In this document: one piece after another, positions 1-15,000 of the stretch
How the letters are laid out: each line of letters starts with the position of its first letter
Numbering within the stretch: the first letter of the stretch is position 1
Notes under the pieces: generated by a model
What the model saw: only the letters and a program-made list of their open reading frames with translations
Told to the model about the DNA's origin: nothing
Databases searched by the model: none
Translations under genes and position numbers: made by a program
Source: Candidatus Lindowbacteria bacterium RIFCSPLOWO2_12_FULL_62_27
GTDB taxonomy: Bacteria > Lindowbacteria > 2-12-FULL-62-27
NCBI GenBank assembly: GCA_001784175.1
Contig: MFPR01000006.1
Coordinates: forward strand, 124,001-188,000
Direction: 5' to 3'
Length of the DNA: 64,000 bases

Positions 1-4
1 CGGC

Positions 5-3000
5 GTGTCCGCGGCGAAGACCTACGTCGACGCAACGCCGAACGCGACGACTCAGCAGACGACCTATCAGGTGACGGGCCTCGTGAACGGCGACACCTAC
101 TGGTTCGTGGTGCGCGCCGAGGACGCGACGACCGGCAATGGCGGCCCGGGCGGCGGCAAGGAGGACACGAACCTGGTCGAGCGGCCGGCCCGGCCGACAG
201 GCGTGTCGTCGCCGGTGGTGAACGGAGCCGTGGCGACGTTCAATTATGTCGGCGGCGCCGTGGCGAAGGTCAAGGGGAGCTGGAAGGTGACGGGCGGGTC
301 GGCCGGCGTCTACACGGCGATCTACGACACGCAGTGGGACGGCGGGCTTGCGACGCCGATGGTGCTGAACGGCAGTGTATGGACGATCACGCTGACGCTG
401 GATCCGAACAAAACCTTCGAATACGGATTCGACATCGACGGCGCCTGGACGAACGATCCGCTGAACGCCAATCACGCCGCCAACGGCAACGACCAGCTCA
501 CGACCGCCCGGTCCGCCACCTCCGATTCGTCGGCGCCGGCGTTCGCGGGTCTTGCGAGCGCGACGGACGTCGCGTCGGGCGGGAAGGTCAATCTTTCGTG
601 GACGGCGGCGACGGACTCGACGCCGCCCATTACGTACAACATATATTTCACCAACGACACTGGCGCGCAGGTCTCGAAATCGTACGTGGACAATACGCCC
701 GACCTCACGACGGCCTCGACGAGCTATCAGGTCACGGGCCTCCGGAACGGCTGGACGTACTGGTTTACCGTGCGCGCTGAAGACGCGACGACGGGCAGTG
801 TGGGCCCGCACGGCGGCCTGCAGGACACCAACCTCGTCGAGCGGTCCGCGACGCCGTCCGGAAACACGGCGCCGGTCGCGAACGCGCAGTCGGTGAGCAC
901 GAACCAGAACACATCCAAAACGATCACGCTGACCGGTAGCGACGCCAACGGCGACCCGCTGACGTTCGCGATCGGTTCGGCCCCGGCGAACGGCGCTCTG
1001 GGCGCGGTAACGTCGGCGGGCGCGACGTCGGCGACCGTCGTCTACACGCCGAACGCCAACTTCAACGGCGCCGACAATTTCATCTTCACGGCAAGCGACG
1101 GCGTTCTGACGAGCGGCAGCGCGACCGTCTCGATCACCGTCAACGCCCCGCCGCAGGGCAAGCCCGCCATTTACATCGCGCACCACTGGCACATGCACCA
1201 GCCGATCTACTGGCCGGACGAAAACGTCGTCGCGACCGAGAACAACGGCCGGTACGGCTTCAGCGTCGTGTCCGTTCACAGCGACCGCACCGGCCCCTAC
1301 ACGACGTGGCCGGCGGACGCGGTCCAGAACGCGATGTGGAACGGCCTTGCGCACGGCGGCGCGTCGGTGAGTTTCACGGGGTCGCTGACCGAAAATCTGA
1401 ACACGCTGGAGGGTTCGGGCTGGGGATTCTACGGCTGGAAGAACCGCTGGCGCGAATCGCAGAACTGGACGACGTCTCTGGGCAACAAGCGTCTCGACAT
1501 CGTGATCTTCCCGTATTTCCACTCGATGCAGCCTCTGATTCCCGACAAGTGGGTGCGGTCGGGCATTCAGCGGTACAAGGGGATGTACGCGGGCACGTGG
1601 TCGACGGGGACGCTCTCCAAGGGCATGTTTCCCTCGGAAAATTCTCTGTCCCCGCACATGATCCCGGCCCTGGTCGACGAGGGCATCGAATGGGTGATGG
1701 TCGACAACGTCCATTTCGACCGCGCGACCCAGGGCTATCCGTGGAGTTCCAGCGGCAACCTCTACGAGCCGAATCCTTCCGACATCGTGAATCCGAATCC
1801 GAACGACTGGGTGCAGTTGACCAACATCTGGGCGCCGACGAAAATTTCCGGCCGGTGGGGACACCAGCCTCATTATGTGGAGTATGTGGACCCGACGACG
1901 GGCGTATCGAAGAAGATCATCGCGATTCCGACGGAACGCTACATGGGCAACGAGGACGGCCGCGGCGGTTACGGGGCTCTGCAGTACGAGTCGGTGATCT
2001 CGCAGCTTGAGCCTTACAACACCGACCCGTCGCATCCGGTCCTGGTGGTCCTGCATCACGACGGGGACAACTACGGCGGCGGGACGGAAGGGTACTACCA
2101 CGGCAACTACAGCGCGATGATCGACTGGTTGAAGGCCAACCCGAGCCGCTTCCAGCTCACGACCGTGCAGGATTATCTCTCGATGTTCCCGCCGGACCCG
2201 AGCGACATCATTCACATCGAGCCGGGGTCGTGGTCGGGCGCCGACAACGGCGATCCGGAATACAAGAAATGGAACGGCGACCCGGGCGCGGACGGATACA
2301 GCCCGGACCGCAACTCGTGGATGACGCTGATGGCGGCGCTCAACCGGATCGAAACCGCCGAGCAGATCAACGCGGGTCATCCGAACGTCGCGACCGCAAA
2401 GCGCCGGATCGAAGTCGGCATGACGTCCTGTTACTGGTACTGGGACGGCAGTCCGCCGTGGGACTACCATGTGACGCGCGCGTCGAACGAAGCCGTGTGG
2501 CTGGCCGATCAGGTGATCACAACGGGCCAGGACCGGACGCCGCCGTCGATTTATCTGCCGCAGCGCGATCCGTACAATCCCGCCGGCAAGGAGTGGGGCA
2601 TTCAGATGGGCAGCAACCTGAAAATATTCGGGCCCGTGTACGACGTCTCGGGGCTGCGCCGGGTCGAGCTGAAGTACCGGATCGACGACGACGGATTCAA
2701 TCCCGTGCCGGACCATGCCAACGAAGTGATCGCGGGCGGCGCCGGCGTCGGCGCGTGGCAGGTCTTGAGCATGACGGTCGATCCCTTCCCGGCCTCGCGG
2801 TCGAACCCGGCGCCCACGTATCGCGCGGACATTTACGCCGCGACGATCACGGGCCTCACGGACAAGCTGATCGACTACTATGTCGAGGCGGAGGATTTTC
2901 AGGGCAACGTGGCGAAATCGCCGATCCAGCACGTGAAATTCGGCGGCCTGGGCGGAGGCGGCACGGGCGGCGGTGGGCAGACGACGATTTTCATTCCGAG

Positions 3001-6000
3001 CAATCCGACGCAGAATGACACCATCCTGATCAGCGGCTCCAAGACCGGCAAGCTGCACTGGGCCGTCAACAACTGGACGCGGCCCGACACCGCCTACTGG
3101 CCGGCGGGCACGTTCGGTTACAACTCGCAGGCGGTCCAGACGCCGCTCGACGCGAATTTCAAGGTCGTGCTCGGTCCGTTCAATATCGCCGGCAAGACCG
3201 TGACGGAAATCAATTTTGTCTTCAACTGGAATGACGGCTCGTGGGACAACAACGGCGGGCTGAACTGGAAAATTCTCCTCAGCGTCGACGCCCAGGCCCC
3301 GGCCGCGCCGGCCGCGCCGGTCCTGACCGCGCGAAACGCCGCCGTCGATGTGTCGTGGCGCGCGAACGCCGAGGCGGACCTGGCCGGATACAAGCTCTAT
3401 CGCGCGAGCGGCGCCGCGTACGCGCTGATCGCGCAGCCGGCGAAAACGGCCGCGCTGTATCAGGACACCGGCGTGACGAACGGCACGACCTACACCTACG
3501 TATTGCAGGCGGTCGACAACGCGGGCAACGTCGGCGACAGCTCGCCGGCCGCGTCGGCCACGCCGCTGGCGACGGACACGGCCGCGCCTTCGGCGCCGGC
3601 GAGCCTCGCGATCCAGGCGCAGCAGTTGTCGAATCTGTTGACGTGGACCCGGAATCTGGAAACGGACCATCAGGATTACCTTCTGCTCCGCAGCAACTCG
3701 GCCGGCTCAGGATACTCGACGATCGCGACGCCCGACAGCACGGTGACGACGTACACGGACGGAAGCCTCACGGCCGGGGACACGAAATATTACATATTGA
3801 AAGCGCGCGACGTTACGGGCAACGCGAGCGACAGCTCGGCCGTCGTTTTCGCCGCCGCGCGCCCGGACCCGCCGCCCCAAGCGCCGACGGGCCTGACGGC
3901 ATGGCTCTGGGACCGGTCGATCCGGCTGACGTGGAACCGCAACGCGGAGTCGGACCTTGCGGGGTACAATCTTCTGCGTGCGACCGCCGCCGGCGGCCCA
4001 TACGCGCAGGTGAACGGCGCGCTGATCACAGACACTCAGTATACGGATTCGCCGCTGACGAACGGCACGGCCTATTATTACGTAGTCACATCCAAGGACA
4101 CCGCGAACGGCGAGTCGCCGAATTCCGCGGAGGCGACCGCGACACCAAAGCCGCTGATCGCCGTTCATTTCCGCGTGGACGTAACGGGCCAGATCGGCGT
4201 GAGCGTGGTGCGGATCGCCGGCGACCGGTTCACGCCGCCATGGAGCGCGGCCTCCAACGCGCTTCGGGACCTGGGCAGCGGCGTGTGGGGCGAGACCTTC
4301 CAGCTTCCGCTGGCGTCCCTTCAATATAAATATGTGGTCAACAGCGTGAGCTTCGAACCCGATTTCGCCACCGCATCCGGCAAGCGCGAACTCACGGTTG
4401 CGGACCAGTACGGGGACAGCCGGATGTTTGTGAGCAACCGCTGGGGCGTGTCGGGCGACGCGTATCCGGCCGCGCCGGCCGGCCTCACGGCGTCGTCCAA
4501 GACAGGGCGTGTGGACCTGCGCTGGAACCGCAACTCCACCGAATATGATGTGACAGGATTCAATGTCTACCGTTCGACCACGCCGGGCGCCGGCTACGTG
4601 AAAATCTCGTCCTTGTTGAACGACACCTCCTACGCCGACATCACCGTGACGAACGGCGATACGTACTATTACGTGATCCGTGCAGAAGACGCCGCCCGGC
4701 AGGAGGGGCCGGGTTCCAACGAAGTCCGCGCGACGCCGGGCCCAAACGTGCCGCCCGCGGTGCCTTCGGGCCTGAGCGCCGCCGCGGGCGACCGGCGCGT
4801 GACGCTGACGTGGACGGCGAACACGGAGCCGGACCTTGCGGGGTATCACGTTCTGCGGGGCGCGGCGTCCGGCGGCCCGTACACGCGGCAAAACGTCGAC
4901 ACGGTGCTGGTCGGCGCTTATGTGGACACCGGCGTCAACAACGGCGACACGTATTACTATGTCGTACAGGCCGTCGACCGCGAAGACTCACGCAGCGCGA
5001 ATTCCGCCGAAGTGTCGGCATCGCCCAAAGCGCCGGACACCACCGCGCCCGCCGCGCCCTCGGGCCTGACCGCCGTCGCGGGCGACCGGCGCGTGACACT
5101 GACCTGGACCGGCAGCGCGGAGTCCGACACGCTTGGATACAACGTCTACCGTTCGTCGTCCTCCGCGGGTGGCCCCTACGTCAAGCTGAACGGCGGGGTC
5201 GTCCTGTCGGCCGCGTATGCCGACGTATCGGTGACGAACGGCGTCAAATATTATTACATCGTCAAGGCCCTTGACCGCGTGTTGAACGAGAGCGATTCGT
5301 CCACGTCCGCGTCCGCGACGCCGATCGGCTCCACCGGCGGGATCGAGGAGCGGACGATCGACGGCGATTTTCTGGACTGGAAGCATTCCGACGTGCGTTT
5401 TCTGGATCCGGTGGCGGACAACAGCTACCTGTGGTGGGATGTCCTGTCTCCGAACCAGCAGGCGCTGGATCCGGCCCGGGACCTCATCGCGCTGTACAGC
5501 CGGGAGGGCCAGAACGATTATTACTTCCGCATCGATTTCCACGATCTCGCGTTCAATGTCGAGCAGACCGCGCTGGACTTTTACCTGGCGATCGATTTCG
5601 ACCCGACGCGCGGCCAGAGTTTCCTGCCGGATTTCGTGGACGCGACCACCGACCGGCCCTGGGAGCTGTGCATTGCCGTTTTCAACTCGACGGCCCAGGC
5701 CTTCTACAAGCCCGACTGGACGACGGTGACCTCGGTGGTGGTGAACGGCGTATCGGTCAATCCCATGCGCGGGATCAAGTATCACAGCCAGCAGGACGCC
5801 GTCGAGTTCGCGATCGCGAAGCAGGTCCTGATCAATCTCGGCTGGACGCCCGGCGCGCCGCTCAATCTCCAGGTGTTCAGCACGCGCGACGGTACCAACG
5901 GCGGTTTGGGCGAAGCGCCGCAACTGCCGGACATCACCGACGCCATTCCCGACAACGCGAGCATTCATGACGGTGTGATCAACGGCGCGGTCTCGACCGA

Positions 6001-9000
6001 CTCGACCGTCGGCCGCGCGAAATACTCGGTGATCCTGCACGGCAACCAGTCCCTGAACGAAGCGGGGAGCATCAACCGCTGGATCCGGGACGACGTCGCG
6101 GTGACGCCGAACAACAAGCCTTCGGGATATTTCCGCGCGTTGCAGAGCCACGAAGCCTACCGCGCGCCCGTCAACATCCACGTGTCCGGCTCGCTGGCCG
6201 CGGTGCTCGACATGGCGAACTCCAACAATCCCCTGAACGACGGCCCGACCTTCAACCAGCTCATCCGGCAGTTCGTGGACGACAACTGGAACGACAACCG
6301 GATGGGCCACATCATCGGCGGCGTCTACGCCGAGCACATCATGCCCTATTTCCGGGACGACGCGTCCATCGGCGTCTACGTGAACTCGACCGCGACCGAG
6401 TACAAGACAAAGGCCCTGACGAGCTACTACAGCCTGACGCGCCCGCCGCGCGTGTTCTGGATTCCCGAGCGCGTCATCGACGGCGCGACGCTCGGCAACA
6501 TCCTGACCGACGCGCGGACCGGCCAGCCGAGCGGCTACACCGCGACCGTGCTCGACCAGATCACGCATCTTCGGCTGTGGTTCGGCGAGAATCAGCCCCA
6601 CAAGATTCACAAGATCAACGGCGTTCTCTGTTTCATGATCAACGACATGCCCGACGACCGAAAGTTCTGGTCGCAGGACGGCGGCGCGAACTACCAGGTC
6701 CGCAAGCTTCTCCTCGACCTCGCGCGCGACACCGACCAGGAACAGCTCGTGCTGGTCTTCGACGACTGGGAGGCCTACGCCGGCCGGTCTTTCGCGTCGC
6801 AGACCGTCATCAACGAAAATCCGGACCAGTACGACAACACGATCCGGTGGATCGCCAACCACCCGTGGGTCGAAGTCGTGACGCTCGAGCAGGTCCTGGA
6901 CCGCAACTGGGGGCCGGTCGACCACGGCACGAACCTGAACCTTCCGAAATCGACGTACCAGTGGCTTCTGCATGCGACCGAGGGCAACTACGACAACTGG
7001 TATTTCGGCAGCAGCCAGGAGGCGTCGTTCCAGAACACCGTACCGGTACTGACCGGCAAGCAGTACGGCGTGAAAACGCCGATCGCGAGCGGCAAAAAAT
7101 ACGGATCGATCTGGGACGCCGGCACGATCCTCCGAGACGTGTGGGACGACATCAAGAATGCGCCGGCGAATGAGCTTAAGAAACTCGCCGAACTCGGCTA
7201 CACGCATCTCATCTACGAATCGGCCTGGCACGACGAGGACTACACCGAAAAGGCTTGGGACGCGAACTACAACTGGCTTGAGCCCGACCTCACCAGCGAC
7301 AATGTCGTCTTCTGGGCGCTCGATCTGCACGGGCACATCCGGCAGGTATCGGGGATCGTGGACGCCGCGAAGTGGGCGGAGGACGTGCGGACGGGCGCGC
7401 AGTCGGCGGGGACCGTCGTGCAGTCCAAGGACGTGGACCATGACGGGGAGAACGAATACATATTAAAGAACAACCGCGTCTACGCGCTCTTCGAAAACGA
7501 CGGTGGCCGGATGGTGATGGGATTCGCGTACGACGCCGCGCGCGGAGGCATTGAACTCATCGGCAACTCGATCGCCAACGCGGCCTTTGAGGGAGAAGAA
7601 GAGGACGTGGTCCGCCGGGTGTCGGCGCTCGCCGACATGAACGGCGGCGCGTATGTGAACGCGCTCTACAGCGTCACGACGGGCGCGGACACGATCGGTC
7701 TGGTTTCGCCGGACGGGCTCATCAAGAAAACGGTGCGGCTGCCTTCGGGCGCCGGCACGCTGGACGTGACCTACAACGAGTCGGTGACGGGCGCGTTGAA
7801 CGTTCGGATGGGCCTCGTGGGCAACCTTTACGACATGGTATTCACCGGCGAGCGCAAGATCCAGACGATCGGCAGCGCCGGCGGAAGTTTCTACGGCATC
7901 AAGAACACGAACGGCGGCCAGGTCTACGTGACCTTCAACCAGGCGACGCTCAACACCGGATTCACCGACGGTACGCCGGACAACACGAACTCGCCGTTCG
8001 TGCGGCAGATTGAATTGGCGGGCAACGGGACATTTTCGTTCAGCCTGACATTGAACACGAGCGACACCCTCTACATCCCGGACACCCCGGCCGCGCCGGC
8101 GGGCCTGGCGGCGGCGGCCTACAACGGCCGGGTGGCGCTGTCCTGGCAGGCGGTCCCGGACACGAACGTGGCGGGATATCACGTCTATAAGAGTGGAACT
8201 TCCGGCGGGCCTTACACGCAGTGCAACGCCGACACGGTGACGATCCCGGTCTATTCCGTGTACGGCCTGAACAACGGCGAGACGTATTACTTCGTCGTCC
8301 GCGCCGTCAGCCAGAAGGGCGTGCAGTCGCCGAACTCCAACGAGGTGCGGGCGGTCCCGGTCACTTCGATCAGCGTGACGTTCACGATCGACCTGCGAAG
8401 CCTCCCGACCTACGGGCTCGCGCAGATGGCGGGCAACGCGCTGAGTCCCGCCTGGACGCCGGGCCCGTTCACGATGCCGGCCAACGGCGGCGGGACATTC
8501 TCGATCACGCTCCCGCTGACCGTCGGGACCGTTCTGCAGTACAAATACGTACACGACACGACCGCGTGGGAGAGCGATTTTACGACAACGTCAAAAAACC
8601 GCGAGCTCACCGTCGCCGACCAGGGCGGCGGCAAGATGACCGTCAACAACAAATGGAACGTCATCGGCGATCCGCCGCCCGCCGTGCCGAACTCGGCGTC
8701 GCTGGAAGTCGGCTCGGACACGATCCGGATCAAGTGGGTCCACAGCGCCGATTTCGACGTCGTCGGATACAACGTCTACCGGTCGCAGACGACGGGCGGG
8801 CCGTACGTCCGCATCGCGTCGGCCGGCCGGATCGAAAGCCACCTCGATTCGGGCCTGACGAGCGGGACGCGCTACTATTACATCGTCCGGTCGCTGGACC
8901 AGATGGGCCAGGAGTCGGTCAGCACGCCGGAGCTGAACGGCCTGCCGGGCACGAACCCGCCGCCGGCGCAGGTCAGCGGCGTAGCGGCGACCGCCGGCGT

Positions 9001-12000
9001 CAACCAGATCACGGTGACGTGGAACGCGAACACCGAGGCGGACCTGGCCGGATACAACATCTATTTCACGGTCACCTTGAACGGCGTCCCGCAGAAACTG
9101 AATTCGGCGCTCATCACGGGCACGTCGTACCTGCATCAGAATCTTTCGTCGAGCTTCAGCTACACCTACTGGGTCTGCGCGGTCGACAACTCCGGATCGG
9201 AGGGCCTCTGGTCGGCGTCCGTCCAGCAGACGCCGACGCCGGCCGGCGGGTCCGTGCCGATCTACATCGCGTACCACTGGCACATGCACCAGCCGATTTA
9301 CTGGCCCTACGAAAACATCGTGACGACGTATTCGACCCGGTCGAACTACTCCTACGTGAGAGACGTGCTCGGCTGGCCGGACCGCGTCGACGCCTACACG
9401 CACAATCCGATCGACAATATTTCCCGGTTCAGCTACCTGCCCAATTGGGGCGCGCAGATCAGCTACTCGGGATCGCTGATCGAAAACATCGATAACATGT
9501 CCGCCGTCGGCCATTCCTATTACGGCGGCTGGAGCAACCGCTATGCGGAGGGCCACGGCTGGAGCACGTCCCTGGGCAACCGCCGCACGGACCTTGTGGC
9601 GTTCGGCTACCACCATCCGATGATGCCGTTCATTCACTATCGCGACCTGCGCCTGCAGGTGCAGATGCACCGCCGCAAGCTCACGAACCGTTTTGGCAAT
9701 CCGTACTCGAAGGGCATGTTCCCGCCGGAGAGCGCCTTTTCCGAGCGCATGATCCCGGCGCTTCTCGACGAGGGCATCGAATGGGTGATGGTCGACAACC
9801 TGCACCTAGATCACGCCAACAAGAATTTTCCGTGGAGCATCAGCGAAAAGGTCAACCCGCCGAACCGCGCGGAGCAGGTGAACAACCCGCAGGCCAACTA
9901 TCTGTCCCTGAGCTGTCAGACCAACACGTCCTACAAGGTGTCGGCGCCGTTCAGCGTCACGCCGCACTACACGAAATATGTCGACCCCGCCACCGGAACC
10001 GAGCGCAAGATCATCGTCGTTCCGCTGGAGCGGACGCTCGGCTACGACGACAGCTACGGCGACCGCACGCCGCAGCAGCGCCTGGAGGCCTTCCTGCCCT
10101 ACAACACCGACCCGAACCACCCGATGCTGGTCGTGCTCGCGCACGACGGGGACAACGCCGGCGCGAGCGGATTCCGGTATTACGTCGAAACGATGGGCTG
10201 GCTGGGCGGGGCCGACCCGAACAAATTCCGTTTCACCACCGTCCAGGATTACCTCTCGATGTTCCCGCCGGACCCGAACGATGTCGTTCACGTGACGGAC
10301 GGATCGTGGGTCGGCGCGGACCTCGGGGACCAGGAGCTGAAGAAGTGGATGGGCGACCCCTACAAGAACGGCGTCGTCGATTTCACCAACGGATTCAGTT
10401 CCGACTGGAACTCGTGGATGGTCATCACCGCCGGCAAGAACCGGATGATGCACGCCGAGAGCATCCAGCCGCCGTCGGGCGACATCGGCGCCATCATGGA
10501 CGGCACCGGGAACAACACCGACAAGGGCTGGCGCGAGTTTCTGGTCGGCGAGGCGAGCTGTTACTGGTACTGGGACGGCACGGTCCAGTGGGACGAGCAG
10601 CCGACGCGGGCAGTGAACGCCGCGATGAATTTCGCCGACGCCGTGATCGGCGCCGGTACGCCGCCGGGCAGCACGCCGGACAATGTCGGCCCCACGGTGT
10701 TCCCGCTTCTGCGCGAGCCGTACAACCCGGGCGCGGAGGAGGCGTTCAAGGGCCTTCAGCCGAGCGATTTCGACGTATTCACCTTTATTTATGACGCGAG
10801 CGGCCTGACGTCCGTCACGCTGAAGTACCGGATCGACGCCGACGGGGAAAATCCGCTGAGCGACAACGCGAACGAAGTCTACGGCGCCGGCGCGGGCGTC
10901 GGCCCGTGGCTGACGGCCGCGATGTCGATCAAAGCCTTTCCGAATCCGCCCGCGGCCCAGCTTCAGCCGCTCTATCGCGCCAGCATCTACACGGCGCGGG
11001 TAAGCGGCCTCACCAATTCATTGCTGGACTATTACGTCGAAGCCGTGGACGGCCGCGGGAACGTGACGAAGTCGGACATCCATCACGTCTACGTCGGCCA
11101 GACGGTGACCAGCAGTGTTGGCTCGGGCGTCTGGCAGCCGTCCGCACCGACGTCGAGCGACACGATCCTGATCACCGCCACGAAGGCCGGGTATCTCCAC
11201 TGGGGCGTGAACGGCTGGCTGAAGCCGGACTCGTCGTACTGGCCGTCCGCAACGGCGCCGTATGACAACTTCTCGGTGGAAACGCGGCTGGACGCGAACT
11301 TCCACGCCGTGATCGGACCGTTCAACAAGTCGCAGTCCGTCCCCCGCATCGATTTCGTGTTCCGCCATGACGACGGCACATGGGGCAAGAACAACGGCGC
11401 CGATTACCGGATCGATTTGATCGTCGACACGATTGCCCCGGCCGCGCCCACGGGCCTGACGGCGACGCCGGACAACCAGCGGGTGGTTCTCGTATGGAGC
11501 GCGCCGGTCGAGGCGGACCTCACCGGTTACCAGGTTTACCGCGCGGCCGACACCGCCGGCCCGTACGCGCTCCTCGTCACGACCGGCCGGATCGCGACTC
11601 ACACCGACACGTCGGTGACCAACGGCGTCGTGTACTATTACCGGCTGCGCGCCGTCGACGCCTCAGGCAACGCGAGCGACACCTCCGCGATGGTTTCCGC
11701 GACGCCCTCCGGCGTCGACCTGACGCCGCCGGCGCGCCCGACGGGCGTGACGTTGACCTCGCAGGAATTTGCGATTCGGGTCGCATGGACCGCGAACCGC
11801 GAGTACGATCTGTCCGGCTACCGCGTGTATCGTTCCACGTCGGCGGGGTCGGGCTACGCTCTGGCCCAAACGGCGGGCGCCGCGGCCACGTCGTACACCG
11901 ACGGAGGCATGGGCCTCACGGACACCTACTACTATGTCATCACCGCGTTCGATTCGGCCGGCAACGTCAGCGACACGACGGCCGCCATCGGCGCCCGCGC

Positions 12001-15000
12001 GCTCGCGGCGCAGCCGCCGGCGCGTCCGGCGAACGTGAGCGCCGCGCCCGGCGACTCGAAGGTCACGGTGAGCTGGTTCGCGAACACGGAGGCCGATCTT
12101 GCGGGCTACAACGTGTACCGGTCGCTGTCGGCGACGAACGGGTTCGTGAAGGACAACGGCTCGGTTCTGGTGCTGACCATTTACAACGTGAACAATCTGC
12201 CCAATGATTCGACTTATTACTTCGTCGTCACCGCTGTGGACACCGGCGGCAACGAGAGCGATTCCTCGACGGTCGTGAGCGCGACGCCGCACGGAGGGAT
12301 CCAAGTGAGTTTTCGGATGAACGCCTCGGCCGCCGGCGCCCTGAGCGCTGTTCAGATCGCGGGCGACAAATTCTCCCCGGCCTGGACGCCGTCCGCGACG
12401 ACCCTGACCAACGAAGGCGCCGGAATCTGGCGGGTGACGAAACAGTTCCTGGTCAACGAGCGTCTCCAGTACAAATACATCAAGGACACCACCGGCTGGG
12501 AGGGCAATTTCCCGGCCAACGAGTCGGTCAACCGAGAAGTCACCGTGGTCGACCACGGCGGCGGTCGGATGTTCGTGAGCAACGCCTGGAACGTCGACGG
12601 CGACCTTCTGCCGGCCGCGCCCACGGGCCTTGCGGCCACCGCCGGCAACGCCACCGCGCAGCTTACCTGGAACGCGAACACCGAATATGACCTCGCCGGC
12701 TACGACATCTACCGCTCGACGGTTTCGGGATCGGGGTTCACGAAAATCGCCGCGCGGGTTGCGGGCGCCGCGTACCCGTGCACCGGCCTGACCAACGGCA
12801 CGACCTACTATTTCAAAGTCTCCGCCGAGGATTCGGCGTTGCAGGAGGGCCCGACCTCGGCCCAGGTGTCCGCGCTGCCGTTCGTGCCGGACACGACCGC
12901 ACCCGCCGCGCCGTCGGGCGTGGACGCGGCGGTGACCGGCGGAACGATCCGCGTCACGTGGGCCCGGAACGCCGAGGCGGACCTTTCGGGCTATCGCGTG
13001 TACCGGAACACGGCCGCCGCCGGCCAGTTCACCGCGCTGGGCGGTTTGATTTCCGACACGAAATACACCGACGCCGCCTCGGCCGGCGTCACCTACTATT
13101 ATGTCGTTCGCGCGCAGGACAGCGCCGGCAACCTGAGCGACACGTCGGCCTCGGACACCGCGCTCATCAGCGGCAACGCCGTGGCCGTGGACGGCCATGC
13201 CGGCGAGTGGGTCGGCACAGCGCCGACGTCGGACAACACAATCGCGATCAGCGGCGGGGAATGGATCTGGAAGGACGCCGTCGGCGACCAGCGCAGCGAC
13301 GCGGCCGACCCGGACAGCAATTACGACCTCAAGGAGGTGCGCTTCACGGGCGACGTCGCCGGAATGTCGATGCTCGTCCGGATGGACAACATCACCGACA
13401 ACACGTTTCCCTATCTGACGCTGGGCGTGGACCGGGACCCGGCCGCCACCGGTGGAGAGCAGTGGTTCGGCCAGTACATCGAAGCGACGATGAACAACGC
13501 CGCATGGCGGGACTACGAGGTCATCCTCAACGGCACGAAGACCGGCCATTTCGGCGTCGGCGCCGGCGGCTGGACCTGGAAGGACACCGGCGCGTCCTTC
13601 ATCTCGACCGCCAACGACGTGATCGAAGCCAATTTCAAATGGTATTCCATCGGCGTCACCCTTCCCAAAAAATTGCGCATCACCATGGCTTCCGCCCGCA
13701 ACAACGCCGGCAACCCCGACGAGGTCTTCGGCGCCGACATCCTCGACGCCGTCACCACCGCCTCGGGCAACACGTGGTCGGACGTCGGCGACGGCCAGCT
13801 TGATTATTACTTCGACATCGGCTTCAACGCCGACGGCAAAGTCAACACCGCCCCGACGGCTCCGGCGTGGGCGGGGCCGGCCGACGGCAGCACGTTGTCG
13901 AGCGACATCGTGAATTTCGCATGGACCTGGAACGACGGCGACGGCCAGATCGCGGTGACGCCGATGTACGAGCTCCAGGTGGCGCGCGACACCGTCTTCG
14001 CGACTCTGGTCTTCACCGATTCCTCCACCGGATTCGTGACGACGCGCGGGCACGATTTCGGCGGCAATGGCGACTATTACGCGCGCGTCCGCACGCGCGA
14101 CGATTTCGACTGGTCACCGTGGAGCGCCGCCCTCAAGATCACCATCAGCATCACGAACCTGCCGGACGGCGACCCCGCCAACTGGCTGGGCGTCGCCTCG
14201 ACCGCGTCCAACACGCACACCGTGAGCGCCGGCGAATGGATCTGGACCGACGCGACGCTCGACGAGCGCACCGACGCCGCCGACCCCGACGCAAATTACG
14301 ATTTGAAGGAACTGCGGCTGGCCGGCGATTCGGCGCACCTCTACGTGCTCGCGCGGTTCCGGGACATCACGAGCGCGGCGTTGCCGTACCTGTCGATCGC
14401 GCTCGACAAGGACCGCGTGTCCGGCAGCGGCGAGCGCGCGTTCGGCGGGAGCAGCGAGACGCAGATGGATACGCGGGCCTTCCGTGACTATGAGCTTGTG
14501 ATGAACAACAACAAGGCCGGCTTTTACGGCGCGGGCGCCGGCGGCTTCACATGGTCGGAAAAAGGCAACGTCACCCTCAGCACAGCCAACGACGCGATGG
14601 AGGGCCGGTATCACTGGTCGGACCTCGGCGTCGCGCTGCCCGCGACGGTGCGGTTCACCGCCATGACGGCGTCGAACAGCGGCGGCAACACCGCCGAAAT
14701 TTACCAGAGCGACGCCGTGGACGCCGTGACGACCATCAACGGCAACACGTGGGGCGACGCGCAGGACGGCGTGATCAACAGTTCCTTCGACATCTCCTTC
14801 ACGCGCGACGGCCGTGTCAACGCGCCGCCGGGCAAACCCGTCCTGATCTCGCCCGCGGCCTCGGCCACCGCCAACACCTCCGCCGTCACGTTCGTGTGGT
14901 CCTGCCGCGACCCCGACTCGACGTCGACCGCCAGCCCGCGCTACCGCGTGCAGATCGCAAACGATTCCGCCTTCGCGCAGCTCGTCGTCGATTACGTGCG